NCBI GenBank assembly: GCA_012295275.1
Contig: CM022666.1
Coordinates: 14,322,001 to 14,386,000 of the forward strand
DNA from: Chrysomallon squamiferum
Lineage: Eukaryota > Animalia > Mollusca
Direction: 5' to 3'
Length of the DNA: 64,000 bases
The notes under the pieces were generated by a model. It searched no databases, was not told the origin of the DNA, and saw only the letters and a program-made list of their open reading frames with translations. Every line of letters begins with the position of its first letter. Position 1 is the first letter of the stretch. Positions 26,693 to 41,459 of the stretch are shown in pieces. The translations under genes and the position numbers were made by a program.

Positions 26693-28336
26693 ATAATAAT
26701 AATAATAATAAAAAGAAGAAGAAAAAGAAGAAGAACAATAACAACAAAAACAAAAACAATAACCAAAACTGAAAGTAAAATTTAAAAAAAATAAAAAAAA
26801 TAATAATAAAAATAAAATCTTTCTGGAAACATCACCGGCAAAAGATAGAATTAAAAAAGCCAGCAAGTGCAAAGAGAGGATTTAATTCTTGTATAATTTC
26901 CCCTGTGGTCAAACGACACGTTATTTTCTACCTAAGCCTTTTTATAATATTGAATTTCCTCAACAGGGGATATAGTAAGCTTTGTCACAAAATTATATTT
27001 TCCCATTAAAAAAAAAATTTGAAAAAAAAAAAAAAAAAAAAAATTAAAGCAGACAAATTCATGAAGAAAGTAGGTTAAAGCTAATTTGTTTTCCAGATAT
27101 TTCAACATACACACTTTCTTTTTTTGGTTCTAAATTTATTGGTTTGTTTTTGTTTGTTTGTTTGTTATTTTATTCATTCATTCATTCATTCATATATTTT
27201 ATTTATTTATTATATCTATTTATTTATTTTGACATAAACACATACATACATATATACATACATACAGACATACATACATACACACACATATGTACATGCA
27301 TATTAACGTACATACATGCATAGATACATACATACATATATACATGTACATATTCGTTCATGCATATACTCATCAAACTTACATACGCATACATATATAC
27401 ACAGGCATCCATAAACACATAAACACATCCATGCACACACATACATTCATAGACATACACTTGCATACTATAAACATACACACACAAAGTGCACACATAC
27501 ACATACAAACATACAAACAAACATACATCAATACAAATAAAAAAATCCACTCAAAGGTACGCGCGTTCACGCACATGCACATGCAGTTACTGAAATTTTC
27601 TTTCATCTTCGGTCATGTGTTTTGTCAACGTCTGTCGCTGTTTGTGAATATTTTCCGTCGCTTCAAACCGGTCATTATGCACGCACCACTGCAGTTTGTC
27701 CGATAATTGCCACGCACCGCTATAACAAGAACAAATTACCACGATTTCGTTCAATGTATTGTTCCTTACAACGCCGAACTCATCGAACTGTGGGAACAGC
27801 CTTGAAAATTTCAGAACTTTGTATACAGACAAATACGAATACACAAACACGAGCGATATGTCCAAACATGTTTCCGATGCTTTTGTTATCGTGAGGTTTC
27901 GGGTACGTTCGACATGTCCCGCAGCTGAATTCCCGTTATCTAACGGTTCTCACACAAATTCATAAGCTGAATGAGCTTCAGGGGGTGTGTGTGGTTGTGT
28001 GTGCAGGTGTGGTAGGTGTTATAGATTATTGCCATAGTTACCTTAGATGAAATCGATGCGCGAAGGTTTATCCACATTTCAAGGTGGTTTCAAGTTTTGT
28101 GAATGTTTTGTGGTTTAGGCGGTGGAATGTTAATGTTTGTGTGTCGGATACATATTTCCAAAATTGCTTTCTGGTTTATATTTTTTTCAGACTGTATGAA
28201 TGAAATTTTGTTTTAGTAAGAAAACGTTCACCTCCAAAACACGTAATTATGTCAACCTATACTTCCACATGAATTCATTGACAAAATGTACTATACCAAC
28301 TATGCAAGTATATTCTCTTTCTCAATATCTGTCCGT

Positions 28337-28480
<144 letters not shown>

Positions 28481-29945
28481 TCACCCTGTCTCTCTCTCTC
28501 TCTCTCACCCTGTCTCTTTGTTTCTTTTTCTGTCTCTATTTCGTTCTCTCTCTCTCTCTTTTTTCTGTTCTTCTGGTTCTTTCTTTCCCTCTCTGTATGT
28601 CACTCGGTCGCTCGCTCTTTCACTCTCTTCTTTCGCCCACAAGTACACACCCACTCACGTTCACACCCACCCAGCCTTCAAAGACAGACACATACACATC
28701 AATCACGACAGCAATAACTTGCAGCAGCCTTTTTTTAATTATTAATATCATTTCAGGAAAAAAAAAAAAAAAATCATATGAAAATTTTTCTAATTTACAA
28801 ATATCATTTTCACACCTGACTAAGATCGTAGAACACACACACAAAAAAAAAAATTAATTTCCGAATCCGTGTTTTTTTTTTCTTCTTTTAATTGCTCGTT
28901 TCTCGTTTCATGATATTTATCTTTGTCATTTCTTTTTCCTTTTTAAATTATCTTTCACGAAAGGACAATATAAAAACTTAAGTTATATATGTTTTTCGTT
29001 GCTGAGTGTCAAGAACAAGAACAACAACAACAACAATAATAATAATAATATTAATAATAATAAAAATAATAATAGTATTAACTGTGATAAAAATATTGTA
29101 AAATCATAGAAAAAAAAAAAAAAAAAGGACAAAACAAATAAGAAAGAAAAAGAAAAACGATAATGAAAACGGGAAAAATAAAATAAAAATAATTTTCAAA
29201 ACGAGAAAAGGAAATGAAAGAATTTGCTATAAAAGAAATGAAATATAAACAAAATAATAATTTATATCTTAATCCTTAATTGTATCATACCCGCCTACAT
29301 TCCAAATTACCTGTCAGCATACATACCTATTTACTTACTGATTAGTTTATCTATCTGTTTGACTGTCTGTCTGTCTTAGTGTCTCTCTGTTTATTTATCT
29401 ATATCCATCAGTCTATCTGTCTATCTGTCTATTCTATCTATCCATCTTTCAAACTGTCCGTCTTTCTGTCTGTCTGTCTGTCTGTCTACACACAGACAGA
29501 TAAAAAAAAAATCAATAACACCCCAGACGTTTTCTATGGCGATTCCTTCCTGTTTAAATGTCTTTTCTGTGACAAAACAACGACGTATGGAATATCAGAC
29601 TACACGTAGAATTTCAGTGTTGTTTTTAACATTAGTAAAACACACAAACGTGTTCAACAGTTCGATCACTTCGTTTAGGTGTGTTGTTAAAATTAGGATG
29701 ACGCAGTAATGAAAAAAACACAAAAAAACGTATAAAAGAGAACAATGTCGATGATGATGTTGTTGATGATGATGTTGATGATGGTAATGGTTGGTGATAG
29801 TTATATTATCTGTCTTATTATTCGAACATTTGGGGGATTTAAAATTATATTTCCATTTAAAAAAAAAGTAATAAAAAATAAAAATAACGACAACAACTAC
29901 AACTACAACAACAATAATGACGACGCAAACATTAATGATAACGAC

Positions 29946-29979
<34 letters not shown>

Positions 29980-30354
29980 GTATTTGTATTAATACTAGTA
30001 GCAGTAGCAGTAGTAGTAGTAGTAATAATAGTTCTGTTAGCAGTAGTAATAGTTGTTGTAGTAACAGTAGTACAAGATGCAGTAGTAATAGTTGTTGTAG
30101 TAGTAGTTTCAACATCGCCATCACCAACAGCAGCAGCAGCAGCAACATCAGAGGCAGTAAAAACAACGCTGTCGCAGTAAATAACGAAACTGCATCCGCT
30201 GTTAAATTTAGTGGACAATATTTGGCTGGAGGATATTTTAGCGTTTTCATCGAATTTTATCCTCAAACAAGTGTGAAACTTTGAGGCGTAAATTACCCGC
30301 AGCTGACACAGTGTTTAGTTTGGCATATCGACCCCACGAAACTCTTTTCCTATA

Positions 30355-30388
<34 letters not shown>

Positions 30389-30608
30389 CTGTCGCGTCCT
30401 CCGTTTTATAAACCAATAATGTAGCAAGAGCTCTGAGCGTGAGCAGACATAGATTTGTTATTGCAACGCGCAATCAATTCTGGTCCCGTAAAAGCTTTTA
30501 TTTATAACGTTCTTTTTGCGAAATACTGACCGTCATAGTTGTGGTAATGAAAATATTCATGTTTTGGGGTTTATTAAATATAAAGTAATAAAGGTTTAAG
30601 GATGAGAG

Positions 30609-30640
<32 letters not shown>

Positions 30641-31491
30641 CCCCACCTACTTTTGAAGATGTTTCTGTAACGTTGTTCTAATTGTATTTCTGTGTTATAT
30701 CAAAAAAAAATAATGTTGTTTTAAGAATTGTGTTATAATTATTATTTTTCTAATTATTTTTGGTAGCATGTCTTCATTATTACACAGAACGAATATAATT
30801 TTAAAGGAAAATAGTGATTACATTGTTCTCATGATATTTCTATTTCATAATTGAGGTTGTGATATAATATCGATTGACCCTGTTTTAAATTCTTTTTTTA
30901 TTATTTGTTTTAATCAACATAAAATTTTGGCCATTATAATACCTAATTCACTTTTTTTTTCTTTTTTTCATAATATTTCTAGATCAAAAACAAAACAATT
31001 TCCTTTAAGGATCGTGGTTCAGTTTCTACATTCTTTTCATAACGTTTCTATATTTTATAGAAAAATAAAACGTGAATCGTTGTATATTGCTTTACACTGT
31101 GTTGGTAATGTTTCTGTGTTAATATTCAGAACAATACAGCTTTAGAGTAATGACAAAAGATTATTGTCTTAATGGAGAATATTTAAATGAAGTAATGTAG
31201 GAACAAAAAAAAAAAAAAACAGTTCTCGAATAGATGTTTATTCTATTCATAAAAATGATTCATACTCTTTTTATGAATATCTTCATTGAACGTACGAACA
31301 TTTTTTATGACGTTTTGTTTTATAGTATATAACATTTTATTGCTTTATTCTGATTTTCTAGGCGAGCTATTTTAAAACGTGTATCTGTCACAGCTCCATT
31401 ACATTCTCAATCCAACGTATCACAAAACTTGCCGCAAGCCTTATGAGTAACAGATAATAAAAGTAAAATCTAAAATAACATTCTTGTATGT

Positions 31492-31590
<99 letters not shown>

Positions 31591-32004
31591 GTCTCCATCT
31601 TCTCTCTTCGTGTGTTTGTATGACTATTTGTCTGTTTCTCCGACTGTCCGTCCATTACGTTTATCCGTTTTCTGTCTGGACTCTGTGCGTATGTGTGTTT
31701 CATCCCTTTCATACTCTCTGTCTGTTCATGTATCTGTGTGTGTCTATGACTGACAGATTTTCTAGTTCCGAAATATATTGAAAAAAAGAAAGAAAGAAAG
31801 AAAGAAAGAAAAAAAAAGAAAGAATGAAAAAATTAGAAATGGTTTTGGTTGCTGTTTTCACTGTAGAACCCTCCAAGATAAAACCACACCTCTAACGAAT
31901 AAAACATAAAACAAACACACACACAAACTTGCACAACACACAGAAATATTCACACAAAGATTCACCCCCTCACACAAATGTCTTTTTGTATGTATATATG
32001 TATG

Positions 32005-32035
<31 letters not shown>

Positions 32036-32448
32036 GTCTTTGTGTATATGTACGTATGTGTGTATATCTGTGTGCATGTATATGTTAGTTTCTCCAAGTT
32101 TTCTATGAATTTTAATTAATGGATGTTTCAATGAAAATGAAACGAAAACTACCATAACTATATCACTTAATGGAATTTTCCCAGTTGAATAAATATTTGG
32201 TCACCACAAAACCTGTCTAGATGTTTCAGATAGGTTAACGCTGTTATCTACAGTGTGAAATTGTTCTCTGGAAAATTCAGACTTTACAATTTTCCGTCGG
32301 GTAATCTTAAAACAATCGTCTGCTAGTAATAACAGTCTTTTGCTTATCTCAAAACGATGTCGGACCAACGTTAATCTGTCTGGATGTTGATGGAGGAAAA
32401 GTGTCCAAAATATACATGTATATAATTATATATATTATATGTATGTGT

Positions 32449-32558
<110 letters not shown>

Positions 32559-32603
32559 ATATATATATGTGTGTGTGTGTGTGTGTATGTGTGTATCTAT
32601 ATA

Positions 32604-32637
<34 letters not shown>

Positions 32638-32789
32638 TGTATGTGTATGTGTGTGCATCGTGGACAGATATTTACTACTATCAACAACTGTGAGATGAGA
32701 ATAAAAACGGTAAATTTCATTTAATTTTGATATTATGTTCGATTGCAGGATAACAGAAATAACTGGTTACTCTCTATCTGTACATATTA

Positions 32790-34310
32790 CAAAGCTATTT
32801 ACGGTCTTCGTGCTGTGCTTTGTTGAAATCTAAGACAAGAAGACACAAGTCAGATACACGCGAATTTAATCAATCAAAGGAAATTAACGTAATCACAGAT
32901 CGCTTCTCTCTACGTCTGATCAAACAGAACACAAAACGAATCAGAAAAAAAAAAAAAAAAAAAAAAAACACGCCATAGGATATAGTAGATATCCTATTCG
33001 TCTTGAAAATACGTCAGTAATTTCTACTAGATTTCCTTTTCATATAGAACATAGATTTCGTGTTCGAGTAGAAAATTTTAGATTATAACAAATATAGATA
33101 TGCCACTGAGTTTATTTTCCATTTTTTGCAAAACAGGAAAATATATCGAAACTCTTTACAGGATATTTTTTTTCTTTCGTGTAGAATAATACCAGACATG
33201 AGAACAGTAAATAAGTCAGAACATTTTATGATACTCTCAGTTCTGTAACAATATAAGAGACATCTGAACACAAAACACATCTAGTTTTATCTCACATTCG
33301 TGTAGAATTACATCAGAAATCAAAAGAATATCTATGCCAGTAAATAAGACAATGTAAGTGTAATTTAGTTTCCTTATTTTTTTTTTCCATTTCTTTTTTC
33401 ATTGCTAAAATAGAAATATGGACTGAAAATATGATTAGGTTATTCACCATTCCAGAAGAACTAAACCAGAAATCAGAACTATTCATCAGCACTATACGTC
33501 ATGACTATACATCTTGCCTACACGTCATGACTATACATGTTGGCTATACGTCATGTCTATACATGTTGGCTATACGTCATGACTATACATGTTGGCTATA
33601 CGTCATGACTATACATGTTGACTATACGTCATGACTATACATACTGTATATACGTCATGACTATACATGTTAGCTATACGTCATGTCTATACATGTTGAC
33701 TATACGTCATGACTATACATGTTGGCTATACGTCATGACTATACATACTGGCTATACGTCATGACTATACATACTGGCTATATGTCATGACTATATATAC
33801 TGACTATACATCATGTATATACATGTTGGCTGGTCTTCTCTGCTCTAAATTAAATTCAGTCAATGATCTTAAGTTGAGATCACTGCAGATCTCAAAGACG
33901 TGATTTGTTAACAGAGTGCATTGTGTTAGCTGTCGAATACAAACAGAATACACACACACGTGTATACTATTCTCTGTGTATTTATATATTATATTATAAT
34001 TTTCTGTAAATACAGGAACTCAGAAATTACCAAGTTATTTTATTTTCTGATCTATACCGTAACTTCGCAATCGTGGTAAATAATATTTACTTATATTTTT
34101 TCGTTTCTTTTATATCGTGTTTTCTACTCGTACAGCAAGATCTACGAGAAGACATGTCGTGTTTTATTTTTCTGATTATTTCTTGTCTTCTACTTGATCA
34201 GAAGTAGAGAGAACTTCATCTGATTGATTAAATTCGTGTGTATCTGTCGTGTGTGTTCTAGTCTTAGCTTTCATCAAAGAGCACAGCGCAAAGATCGTAA
34301 ATATTTGTGT
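32790..34310. mobile_element. Foldback-like structure: diverged inverted arms (~32790-33080 and ~34110-34310)
   Basis: Left arm TATTTACGGTCTTCGTGCTGTGCT...CAGATACACGCGAATTTAATCAATCA...TTCTCTCTACGTCTGATCAA...CGAGTAGAAAA. It matches the reverse complement of the right arm, TATTTACGATCTTTGCGCTGTGCT...CAGATACACACGAATTTAATCAATCA...TTCTCTCTACTTCTGATCAA...CGAGTAGAAAA. Confidence 0.7.
33492..33832. repeat. 26-bp minisatellite (CTATACGTCATGACTATACATGTTGG)n, about 13 copies
   Basis: Directly visible tandem array made of two related 13-bp halves, each starting CTATAC. Confidence 0.95.
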
Positions 34311-34586
34311 TTGATCTTGGTAATAGAAATGTCAGACTATTTTATTTCGTTCTGGTAACGTTTCCATGAGGACGGAGACGGTGGATGCAAGAAGATAATA
34401 ACAACAGCAGCAACAACAACGACAACAACAACAACAACAACAATAATAATAATAATAATAATAATAATAATCATAATAATAATCATGATGATGATAACGA
34501 TTATGATTATGATGACAACAATAATAATGATTATAATATTGATAATAATTTCAATAATAATATCAACAAAAACAACAATAATAAAA

Positions 34587-34651
<65 letters not shown>

Positions 34652-35205
34652 GAAGTACAGACGATTAAAATTATAATACTAAAACTAATAAGCTTTTAGT
34701 GGTGTTAATAATCAAAACAAACAAACAAACAACAAACAAATTATTTCAAGACAGCTTAAATAAAAAGAAAACAATAAATAAGTGCTATTCTCAGATGCTC
34801 TGTTCATTAATTGTGATTGTATCGACGTCTGGTTTATAAGTATTTCTGTATTTCCTTGACATCAGACAAATAAACGTGACGCTACATCACCGTTTTGTGT
34901 AATAGGAAATGTCTGTAACGCAGATATTAATCAGCGATCTACGTTTGTTTTCTTTTCATCATTTGTTCTAGCTTTATTATTCACCAATGATGGTCTGTGA
35001 AAGATAAATTAAAGCAAATTAAAACCATAAATATTTTTGCTGAGTATAGCAAATGATAAGCCTCTTTTTGGATTCATAAAAAAACAATTATGAATATTCT
35101 TATATTTACGTTTATTACAGAGCGGATGTATTCCAGATAAAACTGCAGCGTCCCGAAGGAAATTATATTACGTCGATTTAAGTGGATTTATATTTAAAAA
35201 AAATA

Positions 35206-35250
<45 letters not shown>

Positions 35251-35833
35251 GAAAATTAATGCTTAATACGAAGAAGTATATGAATATATTTAATTAATAA
35301 CATGGTAAAAATGAAACGCGTTTTATAAGTGCTGTTGCAGCCATGTTTTTTTTGTGTGCTATAAATAGTGGCCTAGTTAGCATATAGAAACGGTATGTGA
35401 AACAGATTACAAAGGGAATGCTAACAAAAACCTTCTGCTATAAAATGAAATATACTGGTTTTATTGCGTTCAGCCTATTTTGATCAGCATTATTATTAAC
35501 AGAATACGATCACGTGTTTATCTCTTTTTGTTTCTAGCGAGCAAGAAATGATTTTGAAAGATAAAAAAAAAAAAAAAAAAAAAAGAAAGAAATGAACAAA
35601 ATATAATTGTGTTTTTTCTTTCTCTTTTTGTAATTAATATCTTTTAAAAATCTTTTTCTTCATTTCTAAACAGCCTTATTTTTTCTGCTTCTTTTTGCCT
35701 GATGATTTTCATCGTTAATGTCGAGAGTAGCAACTGTAAAATAACAATAACAGCGACATTAATTTTTACTTTAGTTGTTTTTGTTGTTCTTGTTGTTATT
35801 ATTGTCATCATCATCATCATCATCATCATCATA

Positions 35834-35868
<35 letters not shown>

Positions 35869-35888
35869 TGTTGTTGTTATTATTATTA

Positions 35889-35923
<35 letters not shown>

Positions 35924-36918
35924 ATTATTAATATTTATGATCAACATCATCATCATCATCATCATCATTATTAAATTTGTAACAAAATAATAGCTTCTAT
36001 TATAAAGTAATCCATGTTTGTATTAAACCTATTCCTTGGGGGTAAAAAAACAACATGCAAATGCCGTTATTAAGCGGAAACTGCCGAGATATCGGACCAG
36101 TAACTTTAGAACCACCCATTAGCTGCCCTGGAGGTTCAGAACGCCTACACGAAAACACGCGAATCCCACAAGTAACGTCCGCTACGAGTTCCGATCAATG
36201 AACGCGCACGAAGATCGCCGAAAACAGGGCCGACTGTCAGTAGATGCGAAAAAACCCGAACTTTGACGAGCAGCTGCCGATCGGTACCGGCGGAACTGGC
36301 CGTGCCAGAGAGCTTCGTTTAAATCCGCTGTATAATAATTTGGTTATATCGCCTGCTGGGAATTTGTATATTGTCGCGTCGAGCGAAGCATATGAATAGA
36401 TAATTCAATTTGCAAATCTAATGCCGTGCTCTGCACGAACCGGTTGAATTAATAACAGGCAGCATGTTTAAACTGGAATACGTGTGCTTGTTTGGACGTA
36501 GACTGTACTGTCAGAATGCTGATATTAAAGTGACGAAACAAATAGTGATAGATAATTTTTTTTCCTTCTGTTTAGGTATTCTGATTTTGTTTTTCATCTT
36601 CCTGTTTTTTATTCATTGTCAGTATAATTAATTTTATCATTATTGTCGTCGTCATCATCATCGTCATCATCATCACCATTGTCTGTTTTCATCTTCATCA
36701 TCATCATTTTCGTTCTGGATTATTTAAATTCAAAACAGCTTAGGTTTATAAAAGTAATGAAATAATATGTTATGTAATATAATCTCTCTCTCTCTCTCTC
36801 ACATACACACACAGAGATACACACACACACACACACACACATTGCAGTTTTGTTAAATATATTCCGTTCCCTATTTACAAAGTCAACCAAGATGCACATA
36901 GAAAATATATACAAAGAA

Positions 36919-37002
<84 letters not shown>

Positions 37003-37410
37003 CCACAAATTATTATTATGCATTTCATTCTGTATTTACTGGTTAGTTGGGCTTCTTGCTGTTTTGAATCATTCATCTAGTTTTTCTTCCTGGTGCTTAC
37101 TAAACTTAAAGTGAAAGAGGAAAAACGCTAACAATATTAGATGTGTGCTTTAACATACAGCTTACATTATTCGTTACCAAATAACCAGTGTTAGTTTTTG
37201 TCACAAGATTAAAATGACAGAACACTTCGGATGTCTGTTATTCAATTAGCCGAGCTTCGTGATATTGAGTTACTAATTACTTTATTAATTATTCATTACT
37301 TGCAGTCTACAACAGACGAATTAACGGTAATTATTTGACCTTGTGGCATCTCTAATTTTGAAAAAAAGAAATAGTAAGGATAACGTCTTTTCCAATATTA
37401 GTAATTTATT

Positions 37411-37538
<128 letters not shown>

Positions 37539-38733
37539 GCTGTTGAATCTGTGTTTCGCTATGAGTGCATATGTTTATTACAAATCCTGCATATAGTCAC
37601 TTACACATATATTTGTCTCTCTCTGTATAAATACATACATATATGTATATATATATATCCACACACGCATACACACACACACACACACATACACACACAC
37701 ACACACATCCAATCATTTATTTTATTTTATTTTATTTATTTATTTATTTATTTTTTATTTATTTATTTATTATTTAGGTTTTATGTCTTATCATAAAACC
37801 TCATAGAAGCTCTTCGTGCGTGCGTGTGTGTGTGTGATTAAGGAACAGATGGCGATTGTTTTAAGCCCTTCATATATTGAAATTACCAATTCGTCTATCG
37901 ATAATCCTACTACCAAAATAATGAACAGCTGTCTGCCGTGTGAACATCTTTTCCTGTACATGATGCTTCACAAATCATGTTTTCTAAAACCTTGAAAATG
38001 TACTCCCACATATGGGATATAAACATAGATAGTGTGTGTGTGTGTATGTATGTGTGCGTGTGTTTGTGCCTGAGTACAGATACACACGCACACATTCACA
38101 CACGCAGGCGCTATAATTATTTGTGGAAATAGCATTAATGTGAGAATGTAATGGAAAAATGCGCCGCAATAAAAAATATAAATTGTAAATGTTAAAATAA
38201 TTTGAATAGAAATCCTATAGTATTTGTTTTTCTCTGTCAGTAATATATATTAATATTAACCTCTTTTTATTTTATTTTTTTATTTTTTGCTATTTCTTTT
38301 ACAGATCTATTCTAAGCTAACAAGAGCTGAATAAAAAATATCGACTTTCTGCAAACAAAACATCGATGGAATTTCTTCAGTTCAGTAATTTCCTGAAAAC
38401 ATCAAATAATTTAACGGAAATGAGTTTTAGATTCACATAAATTCATCTGAACAAATACCAAGCCACAGCTGCTTCTGTAGAGTTAGAGAAAATCGCAGAT
38501 TTGATGTAAAGAAATATTAGAGCAAATCTCGATCGTGTGTCTTCAGTTACAAGTAATCTGTTCTTATTCTGGAATGTAATTCCAAGTCAGAATCCGTCTT
38601 TTATGTATTAACAAAAAGTAACAAATAATAAAACACAAATACTTGTGGTGTTTTTTGGTGAGAGAAAAAGGAAACAATTATTTAAAAAAAAGTGAAATTG
38701 CAAGGGAAAATATAAATAAATAATAATTTGCCG

Positions 38734-39732
38734 ATGAAATTTGTCATGTCGTGTTTATGTTGTAAGCCTCCTTCTGATTTGCCGCCAATAATAGACGTCG
38801 ACAAGGTCATTCAAGATTACGTATGGCGTAAGATCAAAGGTGACCGATATCCTCTAGCCAGACTGTTTATGAGAAGGTGCGATTATGAAATCGAGGTTCC
38901 GCATAATTATTTTCATTTCGAAGACGTCGAAGAAGATATAAAAGAAAATACGAAAGCGTCGCCAAACAAACCCAGAAAATCTCAGACAGAGGGCAGTAAA
39001 CCGATTCCAGAGTTATCGGTCCTGTCGACGGAGTTCAGAAACAACACGGAAACAGAACAGACGTTTCAGTTCCGGTTTCAGAAAACCAGGTCAGCTTCAG
39101 TGAACGTGACCTTTCAGAAAGGATTCACAATTGGAGGGAAGGCGCATTTCAAACTGGGCCTGCCCAAACATCTTACCGATTCGTCAGTAGGCGGAGAGGT
39201 CAATATTAAATACGAGGTCACGAAAACGACCGGGGAAACGTTCGACGAAAGCGTAACAATCGAGGCAAACAGCGAAATCAAAGTGTTCCAGAAGCGCAAA
39301 TACATCGCCAAGGTCGCTCTGGCCGAACGTGAGTTTTCCGGAACCTTCCGAGTGGAAACCATAATGAGGCTGCCTTCAGGATCGGCGCCAATTTTTGTCC
39401 GGAAGAAGCGTAATCGAGAGCTGTACTGCATCGAGTCGATAAGCGATTTGAAGTCCGTGTTCGCGGGACTTCCCGTGCACGTGGAAGACGTCTCGAAGCC
39501 GGACGAGAAGGTCGCCTGCTACGCCATCAAGTTTGAAACGACGGGCGTCATCGAAGGAGTCCGCTTGTTAGGTCAGAAAATCTACCTCGATTCCGAGCAC
39601 TTGGACAAAGATGACACGTTCACGGTATCTATGCCGAAGTCCATGCACCAGCTCGTGAACGGCCCGCCCCCCGAGAAACTCTCTGACGTCATGGAAAGCA
39701 GCACGGATTCTGCGTCACAGGAATCAGGGCAG
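38734..39732 (+). CDS. Aerolysin-family / ETX-MTX2 (LIN-24-like) beta-pore-forming domain protein, coding exon 1
   Basis: Motif LSTEFRNNTETEQTFQFRFQKTRSASVNV, then an alternating amphipathic hairpin (KGFTIGGKAHFKLGLP...VGGEVNIKYEV), a Ser/Thr-rich strand and IKV....YIAKV.L.E..F.G.F. ATG at 38734 or 38746. CAG|GTATTT donor in phase 0. Confidence 0.85.
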
Positions 39733-39888
39733 GTATTTATCCTGGTATTTCCGGTACAGCAGGAAGTTATTGTTTGGAAGAGTATTATTTGTAAATGTTT
39801 GATTGGTTAATATTCAGATGTTATAATTTGTTCATATAATTTAAGACATATTAATTTTAATATCACTTCAAACGAAATATAATTTTGC

Positions 39889-39958
<70 letters not shown>

Positions 39959-40887
39959 TAATAACAACAACAACAACAACAACAACAACGGTAACACGAA
40001 CATTTATGTAATACTATATACTAATTATTTATATTGAAATAGTGGCAGTTATTAATTCACAGCAACTTCTCTCTATAATGAAACCACATACAATATATTC
40101 ATATTGTTTATGAAGTAACAACGCCAGACTGTCATTCAGAGCACGTGTTTCATTTGAAACAGGAAAGAGTATCGTGCATCCCGCTATTGTTTGAAGTGAG
40201 TGGGATAAGTGGGAAATAAATAGCGTCAAAAATACGTAAATTACAGACAGACTTTGAAACTGAAATTCAGACCAATTTAAGTGAGGGTTTCCTTTGCCGT
40301 TTGTATTATAGGCGTTTGTTATATCATTTCCAAACCAGGAATAAAATATCAGTTGCTAATGATTATAATGCATTAAATTTTGTCTGAATTTTAATGAAAA
40401 CAAAAGGAATTTCTGTGTGTGTGTGTGTGTCTGTATGTTCGGATGTATATATATGCATGAGTGTGTGTGTGTGTGTGTGTATTTGTGTGTTTGTGTTCAA
40501 GGTATCGCTATAGAATTATCTCCCCTTAATTTGCACTCTACAGCAATCATTGTCATACGGTCACGATAAAATGATAATCATGGTTGTTATAAAATAAATC
40601 TCAACACGTTCCAGTGTTTTCTTGCTTTGGCTATACTGTAACGTGAGCAGGAATGTGAAACTAAACTGAAAGGTTCAAGTCGGTGACGGTTTTGTCAAAC
40701 GTCTTGTTTTGTTCCTTTCTCCGCGGGAAGAAACAAATATTGACTGTCTTAATTTCCCATCTTCTGTTTTGTTTCCTCCGTATATTATTAGCGTTTTCGC
40801 TTGATGAGAAAATATTTGACATATAGTAGAATTTAGATTTAGAAAAATACAACAAAAAATCAAATACAAACAATTATATATGATATA

Positions 40888-40968
<81 letters not shown>

Positions 40969-41421
40969 TATAAACAATAATGATAATAATAATAATAATA
41001 AATGTATGCTTTCATTTATTTTGTGTGTCTGATGACATCAGAAAAAAAAATGGACAGTCGGGCAGACAGACAGAGAGACAGACATTCAGACAGATAAATA
41101 CATAGACTGACAGATATAGATAGTTATATAGATACCTATAGATAGATAGATAGAAAGAAAGATAGAGAGAGAGAGAGATAGACAGGCTCATAGACAGATA
41201 GATAGATAGATAGAAAGATGGATAGATAGATAGACAGATAGATAGACAAATAAATAGAGATGTAAGTAAATAAATAAATTAGTGAAACAAAATAAATCAT
41301 AAAAAAGAACAAGCTAAACAAATGTAGTAATAAAATAAATAGTATTAAAAAAGGGTTTAAAAAACCCCTAAGAATAGACATACAATATAATTCATTCTTC
41401 CGAACATTTTTTGAGAGAGAG

Positions 41422-41459
<38 letters not shown>

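Noticed and set aside
27587-27965. Unique, moderately GC-rich island with overlapping 68-92 aa ORFs
   Set aside because: No recognisable domain and no convincing splice pair or partner exons, so it cannot be called coding from sequence alone.
33492-33832. 26-bp repeat array as a CRISPR-like locus
   Set aside because: The units are contiguous with no unique spacers, the context is eukaryotic, and there are no cas genes.
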